Shown here one piece after another: positions 28,091-37,530 of a DNA stretch of 64,000 bases. The DNA comes from Clostridia bacterium. Its GTDB lineage: Bacteria > Bacillota > Clostridia > Christensenellales > Borkfalkiaceae. A program made the position numbers and the translations under genes. The DNA is taken from NCBI GenBank assembly GCA_014805025.1, contig JAAUYR010000039.1, positions 256 through 64,255 of the forward strand. The letters are read 5' to 3'. Under the pieces are notes generated by a model, which saw only the letters and a program-made list of their open reading frames with translations, was not told the DNA's origin and did not search any database. The stretch's first letter is position 1. Every line of letters begins with the position of its first letter.

Positions 28091-29070
28091 ATTGTTCTAA
28101 GCCTTTTTCTTATTTCCTGCTCGGGCATACCCGAAAGCAGGCAAACAAACAGAATACGCACGTTTAAGTTTTCGGCGCGGCGGCGGAATACGTAGTAAAG
28201 AAACGGTTGCGACTTCTTTAATTCGTATTTTTTAATTGACAGCAAACCGCACTCCAAACTGTCGGCAAGCTTTTCCGCTTCGGTCAAGGGCAAGCCGGCG
28301 TTTTTCCGTTCGATACACATTTTTACAAAGTCTTTATAATCAGTTTTATCGAAGGCCTGAATAGCCTTTTCGCTGTCTTCAATAAAAAGATTTTCCAGCT
28401 GTTCTTTTTTGAGTTTTCCGCCGCTTACGTACGAAAGTGCGGCATATTCGGGGGTCTGCGAGCGTAAGGCCGTTAAAATATTCGTCATATCGGCCTTTGC
28501 CGCAACCGCCTTTTTCAAAAACGAATTATGCGCGCAGGCCTTTGCAAGGCTTGAATACAGCGCCTTGTCGAATATCCTGCCTACCTCCGCACCGGATACT
28601 TCTTTACCCTCGTTTTCGCCGGTGAACAGCTCCACCGCAGTTTGTATAGCTTTAAAAAGCTCGCCTTGCGCTTCTTTATAGCCGCCGTTTTTGATGCAGT
28701 CGGTCAGATACGCCGCGGTATACAGGCCGTCGGGTGCAAGCATTGCCGAGGTATCCTCCGTTTTAAGGTACTCGGCCTTAATGAGCGCCTTTGCGTTATG
28801 GAAATCGCGCGGAGACAAAAGATACTCTTTTTCTGCGTTAGTTGCGGCATATTCGCGGACGAACTCGTCCAAATCGCGCTCGTCGGCAGTCAAAAGCCGC
28901 TCGTAATCGTGAACGGAATTAACTTCCGCCCCTTTACCGAAGCCGCTCTCCTGCAACGTGCGTAGCGCGTCCTCCGCGCTCGCCTCGCAAAGCTTGAATA
29001 TTTTATCTTTTAACAAATACGTTTCTTTCACGGCGACTACGCCGCTCGTATAGGTAAAGTCCTTAGCCAT
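28087..29070 (-). CDS. ntpC: V-type ATPase subunit C (d-type)
   Basis: 327 aa, all-helical, in the conserved operon position. Confidence 0.8.
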   Translation of the reverse strand: MAKDFTYTSGVVAVKETYLLKDKIFKLCEASAEDALRTLQESGFGKGAEVNSVHDYERLLTADERDLDEFVREYAATNAEKEYLLSPRDFHNAKALIKAEYLKTEDTSAMLAPDGLYTAAYLTDCIKNGGYKEAQGELFKAIQTAVELFTGENEGKEVSGAEVGRIFDKALYSSLAKACAHNSFLKKAVAAKADMTNILTALRSQTPEYAALSYVSGGKLKKEQLENLFIEDSEKAIQAFDKTDYKDFVKMCIERKNAGLPLTEAEKLADSLECGLLSIKKYELKKSQPFLYYVFRRRAENLNVRILFVCLLSGMPEQEIRKRLRTI

Positions 29071-29079
29071 AATAAACCG

Positions 29080-29649
29080 TTAAAAAATCATAGCCGCAAT
29101 TTCCACCTGATGCTCTTCTCTATCAAGCGCAAGCAGTGCGGTGTAGGATACGTCCTTATCGCAATTCTTGCCGCGGAGAATAAAACCTCCGCCGACCTTG
29201 TCCGAAGTTTTAGGGGAAACTTTAAGCTTTTTTTCGCTTACCACTTCGAGATTCGAAACTTCCTTTGCGTACTTATAGTCAACCGCAAAAACAATTTCGT
29301 CGCCCTCTTCGGCAAAGCTTTGCAAAAGATTTTCCGCAAGCTTTAACGCGTCGCTTTTTTCAAGCGATAAAAGCTTTTCCAGGGCGCGCTCGTAAACCGT
29401 ATCGATAACCCGTCTTTTTTCGGCAAGCAAAATCTTGGCGGAGTCCAGTCTTGCCGTCGCCGCTTTGCCGTCGAGAATACCCTTGGTCTTCTCTTTTATC
29501 TCGGCTTCGGTGCCGAGTCTGTTTCTTTCGGCGCGCAAGTTTGCTTGGGAAATAATTTCTTCGGCCTGTTTTTCCGCTTCCGAAATTATCTCCGCGGCGC
29601 TATTGTCCGCGTCGAGAAGAATTTGTTGTAATATCGCCTCTTTGCTCAT
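29080..29649 (-). CDS. ntpE: V-type ATPase subunit E
   Basis: 189 aa with an N-terminal charged coiled coil. Conserved operon position. Confidence 0.8.
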   Translation of the reverse strand: MSKEAILQQILLDADNSAAEIISEAEKQAEEIISQANLRAERNRLGTEAEIKEKTKGILDGKAATARLDSAKILLAEKRRVIDTVYERALEKLLSLEKSDALKLAENLLQSFAEEGDEIVFAVDYKYAKEVSNLEVVSEKKLKVSPKTSDKVGGGFILRGKNCDKDVSYTALLALDREEHQVEIAAMIF

Positions 29650-29658
29650 ACGCTTGCC

Positions 29659-30102
29659 TTAGATGTTCGCTACGAGCATTATGGATATGATAAGTCCCAA
29701 AATTGCGTAGAACTCTATCATTGCGGGATAGATAATCAGCTTACCGCCGAGCGAATCCTGCTTGCCTACCGCATAAATGCAGTTTACGGCCGACTTGCCC
29801 TGGAAAATACCGGTGATAAGTCCCGAAAGCGCCATAGGCAGAACCGCGCCGCAAAGCGCCCAGCCCTGAGCGGCAGCCTCGATACCACCAAGCGACGAGG
29901 AAGCAATTATGCCGATAATAAATCCGTAAATACCCTGCGTTGCCGGCAGAAGCACCAATACCAGCACTTTACCGAACTTTTTGGGGTTTTCGCCCAAAAC
30001 TCCGGCAGCCGCGCTACCCGTCTTATACAGACCAATAGCCGAACCTACGCCGCAGAGCAACACGCACAGCGCCACTCCTATCATACCGATTGCATAACCC
30101 AT
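29659..30102 (-). CDS. ntpK: V-type ATPase proteolipid subunit K (4-TM c subunit)
   Basis: LLPATQGIYGFII, GIFQGKSAV and AMIEFYAILG align with E. hirae NtpK LLPGTQGLYGFVI, GIAQGKVAA and AMVETYAILG. Confidence 0.9.
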   Translation of the reverse strand: MGYAIGMIGVALCVLLCGVGSAIGLYKTGSAAAGVLGENPKKFGKVLVLVLLPATQGIYGFIIGIIASSSLGGIEAAAQGWALCGAVLPMALSGLITGIFQGKSAVNCIYAVGKQDSLGGKLIIYPAMIEFYAILGLIISIMLVANI

Positions 30103-30123
30103 AAAAAAACCTCCAAAGAGTTA

Positions 30124-32094
30124 TTATTTGTTTAAACTTATATATTTATGTTGCGAGCCGAGGGGAGTAAAAATCTCGCCCTCGCCCTCGTAAAACCTGC
30201 CGTAAAATTCCACGTACTGCAACCTTGCGTCGTGAATGTACGCGCCGAGCAAACCTATTGCAAGGTTAAACGCGTGCCCTATTATCATAAGCAAAACGCC
30301 CAGAATTATCAAAGCCGGGTTACCGCCCGTAACGAATTGTACCGAATACTGCGAAACTATCTGAGCTATTACCGCGCCAGAAAGCATCAGACCGTAAAGC
30401 CTTGCGTAGCTCAGAATGTCGGAAGCGTAGTTTATAACTCCGTACGCCGCGCCGAAGCCCTTGGTGAATTTACCCAAAAGTTTTTCGTGTCTGCCCGCCG
30501 TCAAAATCGCTATAAGCAGCGAAACTCCTGCAATTTCCCCACCTATATATGCGAGTATCGGCATTTTCGCCTCGTCCACGAGCCCGATAATTGCAAGCCC
30601 CACGCCAAGCGAGAACACCGCCCAGGTAACGCCGTCCCAAATGCCGTCCCAGACCTTTTTGCGCCGCCAGTACTGAACGGCCTTGCAAATATAGCCCGCC
30701 AAAAGCTGAACTATACCTATTTCAAGACTGATAACGAGTACCGCCGGTATAGATATACCCATAAACTTCCACATATCGTCCTTGGCGTTGGGCATAACCG
30801 TCGGCATAAACGAAAGCGTTATTCCGAAGAACGAATTGAACAATAGACCCCATACTATGGCGCAAATACCGCCTATTGCGAACACTCCGGAGAGCCGTTT
30901 TAAACCGCTGTCCTTCGCGCGGTTTTTCATATATATTGCTCCGCCGCCCAAAAACATAAGCAAGCCGTAACCGATATCGCCCATTATAAAGCCGAGGAAT
31001 ATGCTGTAAAACACGGCCATTATGGTGTTGGGGTCGAACTCGCGCGAGTTTACCGGCGAATACATATTAGTAATGGTTTCAAAGTTTTTTACCACCGCGT
31101 TGTTCTTATACAGCGTGGGCGGAATTTCGTCCTCTGCCGGCTCGGAAAACTCGTAATATACCGCGCCGCTTACCCCTTCGAGCGCCTCTTTTACTTTGTC
31201 CTGCGCCTCTTTGGGAACGTAAGCTTCAAGCAAAAAGGTCGTTCGCGTTTCGCGCATCTTTTCGGAAAGCTCGGCCTTTTCAAGCTCGAAAGCAAGATAG
31301 TCGCAATAAATTTTAAGCGTTCTGATATTTCCGCTTAACGCCAGCAAATCTGCCCTTACGCTTTCAAGCCGGTTTGCAAGCTCGGCTCTTTTACCGATAA
31401 GGCAATTGTAAAGCTCCTCGCCCGAGCGGTCGTCGCCGGCAAAAGGACAAGCAGTGAAGTTTGCCTCCTGCAAAAGCGGTTCGACCTCCTGCACTGCCGA
31501 CTTATGATAAGCCGCGCAAAGAAGCGCCTCCTCGGTATTGCGCGAAAGTGTTTCAATATATAAAAGCCCGGCTCTCTCCGCTGACTTCATAAGGTTATCT
31601 ACCGAAGCTACGGGTATAGTGCCAAGCCTGATTTTTGCGTGCTGAGTATCCGCAAAACCGCATAGGGGCAGTTTTACGACTGAATAAATTTCCGCAGATT
31701 TTATAGTGCGGTCGTTTTTTGTGATTTCCGAGCGGATTTGCCTTGACTGCTCCTGCAAAGCGGTAATTTTTGCAACTACCTCTTCAACAGCGCCGCGCAA
31801 ATTTTCTGCTTCGGTAAATTCCGTAAAAGATATTTCCAAATCTTCTACGGTCGGTTTAATCTTATTTTCCTTATTATAATTTTCGGTTTCGTCACAAAGA
31901 CAGCCCAAAGCCGCCTCGACGGACGCGAGGCGAGCGCTAAGCTCCTCCGAGTTTACTGTCATCGGAGTAGTGGCTTCGGTTTCTTTTTGCAGCTTAATCT
32001 CGGTAGCGCCGGTGCGTTGCAGGGCGTTTAATACCGCGTCCCTGTCGTACGACATAGCTATAAGATTAAGCTTGCCCATTTCAGCTAACGCCAC
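30124..32094 (-). CDS. ntpI: V-type ATPase subunit I (a subunit)
   Basis: 656 aa with a cytoplasmic coiled-coil N-half and a polytopic C-half containing ARLYGLMLSG. Confidence 0.9.
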   Translation of the reverse strand: MALAEMGKLNLIAMSYDRDAVLNALQRTGATEIKLQKETEATTPMTVNSEELSARLASVEAALGCLCDETENYNKENKIKPTVEDLEISFTEFTEAENLRGAVEEVVAKITALQEQSRQIRSEITKNDRTIKSAEIYSVVKLPLCGFADTQHAKIRLGTIPVASVDNLMKSAERAGLLYIETLSRNTEEALLCAAYHKSAVQEVEPLLQEANFTACPFAGDDRSGEELYNCLIGKRAELANRLESVRADLLALSGNIRTLKIYCDYLAFELEKAELSEKMRETRTTFLLEAYVPKEAQDKVKEALEGVSGAVYYEFSEPAEDEIPPTLYKNNAVVKNFETITNMYSPVNSREFDPNTIMAVFYSIFLGFIMGDIGYGLLMFLGGGAIYMKNRAKDSGLKRLSGVFAIGGICAIVWGLLFNSFFGITLSFMPTVMPNAKDDMWKFMGISIPAVLVISLEIGIVQLLAGYICKAVQYWRRKKVWDGIWDGVTWAVFSLGVGLAIIGLVDEAKMPILAYIGGEIAGVSLLIAILTAGRHEKLLGKFTKGFGAAYGVINYASDILSYARLYGLMLSGAVIAQIVSQYSVQFVTGGNPALIILGVLLMIIGHAFNLAIGLLGAYIHDARLQYVEFYGRFYEGEGEIFTPLGSQHKYISLNK

Positions 32095-32398
32095 CTACAA
32101 TCCTCCCGACGATATCGTTTACCTGCTTTTGCGTTTTGCCCAAGACCCCGTCTGCATAGTCGCGAGCTTTAACCTCGCTTTCCTTTAACGCGGCCTCATA
32201 GTTTTTCTGAGCCTGCTCTTCGGCCTTTTTTATGCTGCTTTCGCGCAGAGCTTTAAGCTGCGCCTCGCCCGACTTTTCGATACGGGCAGACTCCGCGTCG
32301 GCTTCCGAAAGAATACGCGCGGCTTTTTCCTGAGCTTCAAGCTTTATTGCCGCGGCTTTTGCCTCGGCCTCGTTTATTGATTTGATTAAATCTTCCAT
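32081..32398 (-). CDS. ntpF: V-type ATPase peripheral-stalk subunit G/H-like (E. hirae NtpF position)
   Basis: 105 aa, Ala/Glu/Lys-rich coiled coil. First gene of the operon. The start is set at ATG 32398, downstream of the promoter. Confidence 0.7.
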   Translation of the reverse strand: MEDLIKSINEAEAKAAAIKLEAQEKAARILSEADAESARIEKSGEAQLKALRESSIKKAEEQAQKNYEAALKESEVKARDYADGVLGKTQKQVNDIVGRIVGGVS

Positions 32399-32406
32399 TA
32401 TTATTA

Positions 32407-32435
32407 AGTTTAGCATTTTTACTGTTATTTTGCAA
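32407..32435 (-). promoter_or_regulatory. Promoter TTGCAA-17-TAAACT for the V-ATPase operon, with the ATG 8 nt after the -10
   Basis: -35 at 32430-32435, -10 at 32407-32412, ATG at 32398, no SD. Confidence 0.5.
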
Positions 32436-32572
32436 GTAGTTATCTGAAATTGTTTAATAATTTCACCATATTTTAACAAATTGTCCTCGTTTTGCCAAAA
32501 TGATTAATTTTTTCATTTTTAATGTAAATTTATACAATTTTATGAATATTTATAATTCATATGCAAAATTGC

Positions 32573-32601
32573 TTGCGTTTATAAATATGCAGTGATATAG
32601 T
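32573..32601 (+). promoter_or_regulatory. Promoter TTGCGT-17-TGaTATAGT for the ABC transporter operon
   Basis: 17-nt spacer. The leader of about 35 nt carries an AAGAGG SD. Confidence 0.55.
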
Positions 32602-32636
32602 TAGCCTACAAATTATTTAACAAGAGGCAATAAATT

Positions 32637-33473
32637 ATGAAAAAGTTATTAATGACACTGACCGCCGCACTGCTTGTTGCGGCATCTGCACTCGGCATTT
32701 CCGCTTGCGGAAAAGACCCCAACACTATTTACGTTGATACCAACGCGTACTTTGCACCGTTTGAATACTACGGCGGCGAAAAAGGCACCGAAATTATGGG
32801 CGTTGACATTGACATAATGAATATGGTAGGCGAAAAGCTTGGCAAAAACGTTAAATTTATAAACACCGACTTCGACGTAATTATCGATAACGTTGAATCC
32901 GGTAAAAAGTACGACTGCGGCGCGGCAGGTATTACCATTACCGAAGAAAGGCAGGAAAAAGTTGCTTTCTCCAACCCCTACTTCACTTCCGTTCAGTACG
33001 TAATCGTAAAGAACGACTCGCTGACCAAGGACGGCACCACTACCGACGGCGTTGACTATATTTTATGGGATTCGCTTGCAGGCAAAACGATAGGCGTTCA
33101 GCGCGATACGACCGGCGACATTTACGCTAACGACGAAATCGACTCCGAAAAGGGTACTCTTCACGGCTCCGGCGCAGAAGTTAAGCAGTTTGACAACGCT
33201 CAGCTTGCGGTAGACGCTATCGGTATCGGCAACAGCCTCAGCGTTGACCTCGTAGTTGTTGATAAGCTTCCTGCGCAGTTCATTGTAAATAACAATTCCA
33301 ATTACCAATGCTATGCACTTTATTATGACGAAGAAACCGCAACCGAAGAACAGTATGCTATCTGCGTAACCAAAGGCAACGACGAGCTGTTAAGCGCTAT
33401 CAACGCAGTACTTACCGAGCTTGGCACAAGCGGCATCAACGCACTCGTATCTAAGCACCTCGGTCTTAACTAA
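32637..33473 (+). CDS. Amino-acid ABC transporter substrate-binding lipoprotein (SBP family 3)
   Basis: Lipobox LGISACG and an SBP_bac_3-like sequence (FAPFEY, GVDIDI). Confidence 0.85.
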   Translation: MKKLLMTLTAALLVAASALGISACGKDPNTIYVDTNAYFAPFEYYGGEKGTEIMGVDIDIMNMVGEKLGKNVKFINTDFDVIIDNVESGKKYDCGAAGITITEERQEKVAFSNPYFTSVQYVIVKNDSLTKDGTTTDGVDYILWDSLAGKTIGVQRDTTGDIYANDEIDSEKGTLHGSGAEVKQFDNAQLAVDAIGIGNSLSVDLVVVDKLPAQFIVNNNSNYQCYALYYDEETATEEQYAICVTKGNDELLSAINAVLTELGTSGINALVSKHLGLN

Positions 33474-33491
33474 ATTTTAAAATTAAATTAG

Positions 33492-33529
33492 ACGGGAACT
33501 GCGTTTAATACAGTTCCCGTTCGTTTTTT
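33492..33529 (+). terminator. Intra-operon terminator/attenuator after the SBP gene
   Basis: acgggaactg / cgtttaata / cagttcccgt followed by tcgTTTTTT. Confidence 0.7.
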
Positions 33530-33539
33530 GAGGATACTT

Positions 33540-34253
33540 ATGTTTAATTATCTGTTGGCAGGGTTTTTTGAAAATATAGGCACTATACTTTCAACGGCTA
33601 AATATATGAATATGTTGTGGGAAGGTCTTAAAATGACCCTTATAATCTCACTCGGCGCGGGCGTTGTGGGGCTTTTCCTCGGCACGGTAGTCGCGCTTAT
33701 CAGTATTCAGCCTAAAAGCAATAAGTGGTTTATAGTTCCGCGCTATATTTGCAAAATTTATACCACCGTCGTACGCGGTACTCCTATGGCTTTGCAGCTG
33801 TTTATTATGGCGTTCGTTATTTTTGCAATACGCGGATTCCCCGCTGAACTCATAGCAATTTTTGCGTTCGGCTTCAACAGCGGAGCTTACGTTTCGGAAA
33901 ACATCCGTGCCGGCATTCTTTCAGTTGACAAGGGGCAAACCGAAGCAAGCAGAGCGCTGGGCATCGGTACGGGTTATACTATGATGCGTATAGTTATTCC
34001 GCAGGGTATGAAAAACGTTATACCGGCAATCGGCAACGAGCTTATAGCGCTTATTAAGGAAACTTCGATAGTCAGTATGATAGGTATGGTGGATTTAACC
34101 GCAGTAGCAAAAATGATTGGCTCGGGGCAGAACCTCGCAACGTACTTTGCACCTATGGTGGTTGTAGCTATATTCTATCTTGCAATCGTGTATTTACTTA
34201 CCCTCGTAATCAAGCTTATAGAAAGGAGACTGAGAAAAAGTGAAAAAAGATAA
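33540..34253 (+). CDS. Amino-acid ABC transporter permease (His/Glu/Gln/Arg/opine family)
   Basis: The EAA-type loop [12 protein letters not shown] and a GAGGA SD before ATG 33540. Confidence 0.85.
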   Translation: MFNYLLAGFFENIGTILSTAKYMNMLWEGLKMTLIISLGAGVVGLFLGTVVALISIQPKSNKWFIVPRYICKIYTTVVRGTPMALQLFIMAFVIFAIRGFPAELIAIFAFGFNSGAYVSENIRAGILSVDKGQTEASRALGIGTGYTMMRIVIPQGMKNVIPAIGNELIALIKETSIVSMIGMVDLTAVAKMIGSGQNLATYFAPMVVVAIFYLAIVYLLTLVIKLIERRLRKSEKR

Positions 34254-35163
34254 TTTAAAGCCCCAAAGAATCAAGGGGCAAAAGTTTATAAAAACTCAGG
34301 TTACTCCCGTTGAGCCTTGCGACCCCGAGGCGTTAATCGAAGTTCAGCACCTCACCAAAAATTTCGGCGAGCTTAAAGTACTCAACAACATAAGCACTAA
34401 AATAATGCAGGGCGAAAAAATTGCGGTAATCGGGCCTTCGGGCAGCGGCAAGAGCACGTTTTTAAGGTGCCTGAACGTTCTGGAAGACCCCACCGACGGC
34501 TACGTTTTCTTCGAGGGCAATAATCTTTGCAACCTTAAAGTGGATATAAACGTTCAGCGCCGCAGAATGGGCATGGTGTTTCAGCAGTTCAACCTGTTCA
34601 ACAACATGACCGTGCTTAAAAACATTACTCTTGCTCCCGTTCACGTTGGAATGCAGGACTTACATAAGACCCAGCGCAAGAATTTAGTTATCAGAATTAA
34701 AAACTTATTTAAAAAGAAAGATAAAAAACTTGCGCTTCTGCCCGTTGAAAAGAGCGCCAAGCAAATCAAAGCCGAAGCGGAAAGCAACGCTATGCGCCTT
34801 CTTGAACGCATAGGCCTGTCCGATAAAGCGAACGTTTACCCCTCTACCCTTTCCGGCGGTCAGCGGCAGAGAATTGCTATCGTCCGCGCGCTTGCAATGA
34901 GCCCCAAGGTTATGCTGTTCGACGAGCCTACCTCCGCACTCGACCCCGAAATGGTCGGCGAGGTTTTAAGCCTTATAAAAGAGCTTGCCAACGAGGGCAT
35001 GACGATGGTCATAGTAACCCACGAAATGGGTTTTGCAAGGGAAGTTTCAACGCGCGTTCTGTTTATGGCCGACGGCGACATTATGGAGCAAGGCCCTCCC
35101 GAAGAGGTTTTCGGAAACCCCAAGTGCGACAGATTAAAAGATTTTTTATCCAAAGTATTATAA
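34240..35163 (+). CDS. Amino-acid ABC transporter ATP-binding protein with an N-terminal extension and an internal insertion
   Basis: Walker [10 protein letters not shown], signature LSGGQRQR and Walker [12 protein letters not shown]. About 35 extra residues lie between the Q-loop and the signature. Confidence 0.85.
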   Translation: MKKDNLKPQRIKGQKFIKTQVTPVEPCDPEALIEVQHLTKNFGELKVLNNISTKIMQGEKIAVIGPSGSGKSTFLRCLNVLEDPTDGYVFFEGNNLCNLKVDINVQRRRMGMVFQQFNLFNNMTVLKNITLAPVHVGMQDLHKTQRKNLVIRIKNLFKKKDKKLALLPVEKSAKQIKAEAESNAMRLLERIGLSDKANVYPSTLSGGQRQRIAIVRALAMSPKVMLFDEPTSALDPEMVGEVLSLIKELANEGMTMVIVTHEMGFAREVSTRVLFMADGDIMEQGPPEEVFGNPKCDRLKDFLSKVL

Positions 35164-35201
35164 AAAAAGCGGCGCGGACTTATCGTCCGCGCCGTTTTTT
35201 T
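35162..35201. terminator. Bidirectional terminator
   Basis: A7-cggcgcggac / ttatc / gtccgcgccg-T7. Confidence 0.85.
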
Positions 35202-36528
35202 AAGCGTAACCGTATTTTTTGCGGAAAGCCAAAATCAGGCTTGCCGTCACAATTAAGGAAAGTATATCGGCAAAGCAAGTCGCCGACCAGACCCCGTCAA
35301 TACCGAGCCAAATCGGTATAACCATTACCGCGGCGATTTGGAAAACGAACGTCCTCGAAAACGAGATTATTGCCGAAATAAGCCCGTTATTCAGTGCGGT
35401 AAACAGCGACGACCCGAATACCGAGAAGCCCGATATAATGAATGCTATCGAGTAAATCCTGAGCCCCCTGACCGTCATATCGAACAGCGCGCCGTCGAAC
35501 CCGAACATTTTTACCGCGGGGTAAGCCAAAGCCTCTGCAAGCCCCGTCATGACAACTCCCGCTATCGAGACAATTATAAGGCTTTTCTTAAACAGATTTT
35601 TAAGTTCGTCTTTATTGCCCGCGCCGTAGTTAAAGGCGATAAGCGGTGCGCTACCAACTGCATAGCCCATATATATCGCGGCGAATACCATCATTATATA
35701 TCCTATTACAGCGTATGCCGCAAGTCCCTCTTTGCCCACAAGTTGCATTACCTGATAGTTGTAAAGCATCATTACGACCGCCGCGGATACGTTTGAGAAG
35801 AATTCCGAAGAGCCGTTTGTTACCGCTTTTAAAAAGGCTTTGCCGTAAAACCTGGTCTTGGTTAGTCTTAGCAGACTGTTGTTTTTGCGGACGAAATATA
35901 TAACGGGAACTAATCCACCGAAAACCTCGCTCGCAATTGTTGCAATTGCCGCGCCCGTAAGCCCCAACCTGACCCCAGCAACCAGCACTGCGTCCAAAAT
36001 TATATTTGTTAAACCCGCCGCAACCGTAACTATAAGCCCGAGGCGAGGCTTTTCCGCCGTGACGAAAAAGCTTTGAAATATGTTTTGCAGAATAAAGAAC
36101 GGTTGCCCCGCCAATAAAATTCTGCCGTAAAGAACGCAGTAATCAAAAAGTTGCCCTTCCGCACCGAAAAGCCTTGCAACGTGCGGCACGATAAACTGCC
36201 CAGCTACAGCTATTGTTATACCTATGCCCAAAGTAACGTAAACGAGCATAGAAAAGTATTTATTTGCCCTTTCGTGGTCACCCTCGCCCAAAGTCTTTGA
36301 AACGAGCGCACTGCCGCCCGCGCCTATCATAAAGCCGATAGACCCCAACACTATGATAAGCGGAAATATTAAATTTATAGCTTCAACCGCTTCTTCGCCG
36401 ACTATGTTAGAAACGAATAGTCCGTCAACTACGCTGTAAACGTTGACGAAAACCATCATTACTATCGAAGGCGCAACGAATAATAATAATTTTTTAAACG
36501 TGAAATGGTCGGATAACTGAATTCTCAT
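35200..36528 (-). CDS. MATE-family efflux transporter
   Basis: 442 aa, 12-TM profile with MATE-like repeats. Confidence 0.8.
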   Translation of the reverse strand: MRIQLSDHFTFKKLLLFVAPSIVMMVFVNVYSVVDGLFVSNIVGEEAVEAINLIFPLIIVLGSIGFMIGAGGSALVSKTLGEGDHERANKYFSMLVYVTLGIGITIAVAGQFIVPHVARLFGAEGQLFDYCVLYGRILLAGQPFFILQNIFQSFFVTAEKPRLGLIVTVAAGLTNIILDAVLVAGVRLGLTGAAIATIASEVFGGLVPVIYFVRKNNSLLRLTKTRFYGKAFLKAVTNGSSEFFSNVSAAVVMMLYNYQVMQLVGKEGLAAYAVIGYIMMVFAAIYMGYAVGSAPLIAFNYGAGNKDELKNLFKKSLIIVSIAGVVMTGLAEALAYPAVKMFGFDGALFDMTVRGLRIYSIAFIISGFSVFGSSLFTALNNGLISAIISFSRTFVFQIAAVMVIPIWLGIDGVWSATCFADILSLIVTASLILAFRKKYGYA

Positions 36529-36537
36529 AGTCCGTCT

Positions 36538-36566
36538 ATCATAAGGGATATAAAAATTTAAGTCAA
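36538..36566 (-). promoter_or_regulatory. Promoter TTGACT-17-TATGAT, with the ATG 9 nt after the -10
   Basis: -35 at 36561-36566, -10 at 36538-36543, ATG at 36528, no SD. Confidence 0.6.
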
Positions 36567-36581
36567 CCGTTTAAACCGCGA

Positions 36582-36610
36582 TTGACATAATTTTTACTTT
36601 ATTATATAAT
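36582..36610 (+). promoter_or_regulatory. Consensus promoter TTGACA-17-TATAAT, with the ATG 12 nt after the -10
   Basis: -35 at 36582-36587, -10 at 36605-36610, ATG at 36623. Confidence 0.6.
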
Positions 36611-36622
36611 AAAGAAGTACTT

Positions 36623-37480
36623 ATGAAAAATATCATACAAAATAAAACATTGGACGAAGAACGCGCGCTTTACGGCGTTTGCGATACTCTTATTAAAAAC
36701 TGCACTTTTGCAGGCGAGACAGACGGCGAATCGGCATTAAAGGAATGTAGAAATATCGGGGTGGAAAATTGCAGTTTTTCGCTGCGCTATCCTCTGTGGC
36801 ATGCAGAAAACTTTTACGTTAAGGACTGCAAAACCGACGCTTTTGCCCGTGCCGCGCTTTGGTTCTGCAAGGACGGAGAAATCACATTAAGCACGCTTGA
36901 AGGCATCAAGGTTTTACGCGAGTGCGAACGCATAACCGTGCGAAACTGCAACATATCCTCGCCCGAATCGTTTTGGAAGTGCAAAAACGTTACCTTGAAC
37001 GACTGCGAAATCATATCCGAATATTTACTTTTGGGCAGCAGCGATTTTAAGCTTAAAAACGTAAAGATGAGCGGCAAGTATTCCTTTCAATACGTAGAGA
37101 ACGGAGTAATAGAAAACAGTACCTTCGACACAAAGGACGCTTTCTGGAACAGTAAAAACGTTTACGTTAAAGACAGCGTTTTAAAAGGCGAGTACTTAGG
37201 CTGGTATTCAGACGGCTTAACGCTTGAAAACTGCGTGATATGCGGCACCCAACCGCTCTGTTACTGCAAAAATTTGAAGCTTATAAACTGCCGCACCGAG
37301 GGCTGCGATTTAGCTTTTGAAATGTCCGACGTGGAAGCAACCATAATCGGCGACGTGCTTTCCGTTAAAAACCCCAAAAGCGGATTTATAGAAGCCGACT
37401 TCGTGGGCGAAGTTATAAAAACCGCCGCTCCCTCCCCTTGCACCGGTAAAGTAATAATACGAAATAAAAAAGCAATTTAA
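36623..37480 (+). CDS. DUF3737-like beta-helix repeat protein
   Basis: ERALYG..NCTF..GESALKE..RYPLWH and repeated (V/I)xNC(x)F units. Confidence 0.55.
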   Translation: MKNIIQNKTLDEERALYGVCDTLIKNCTFAGETDGESALKECRNIGVENCSFSLRYPLWHAENFYVKDCKTDAFARAALWFCKDGEITLSTLEGIKVLRECERITVRNCNISSPESFWKCKNVTLNDCEIISEYLLLGSSDFKLKNVKMSGKYSFQYVENGVIENSTFDTKDAFWNSKNVYVKDSVLKGEYLGWYSDGLTLENCVICGTQPLCYCKNLKLINCRTEGCDLAFEMSDVEATIIGDVLSVKNPKSGFIEADFVGEVIKTAAPSPCTGKVIIRNKKAI

Positions 37481-37488
37481 AATTTTCA

Positions 37489-37521
37489 GGCGCCGCTAAG
37501 CATATTTTGCTTGGCGGCGCC
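37489..37521 (+). terminator. Terminator after the DUF3737 gene
   Basis: ggcgccgctaagc / atatttt / gcttggcggcgcc. Confidence 0.75.
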
Positions 37522-37530
37522 GTATTATAT

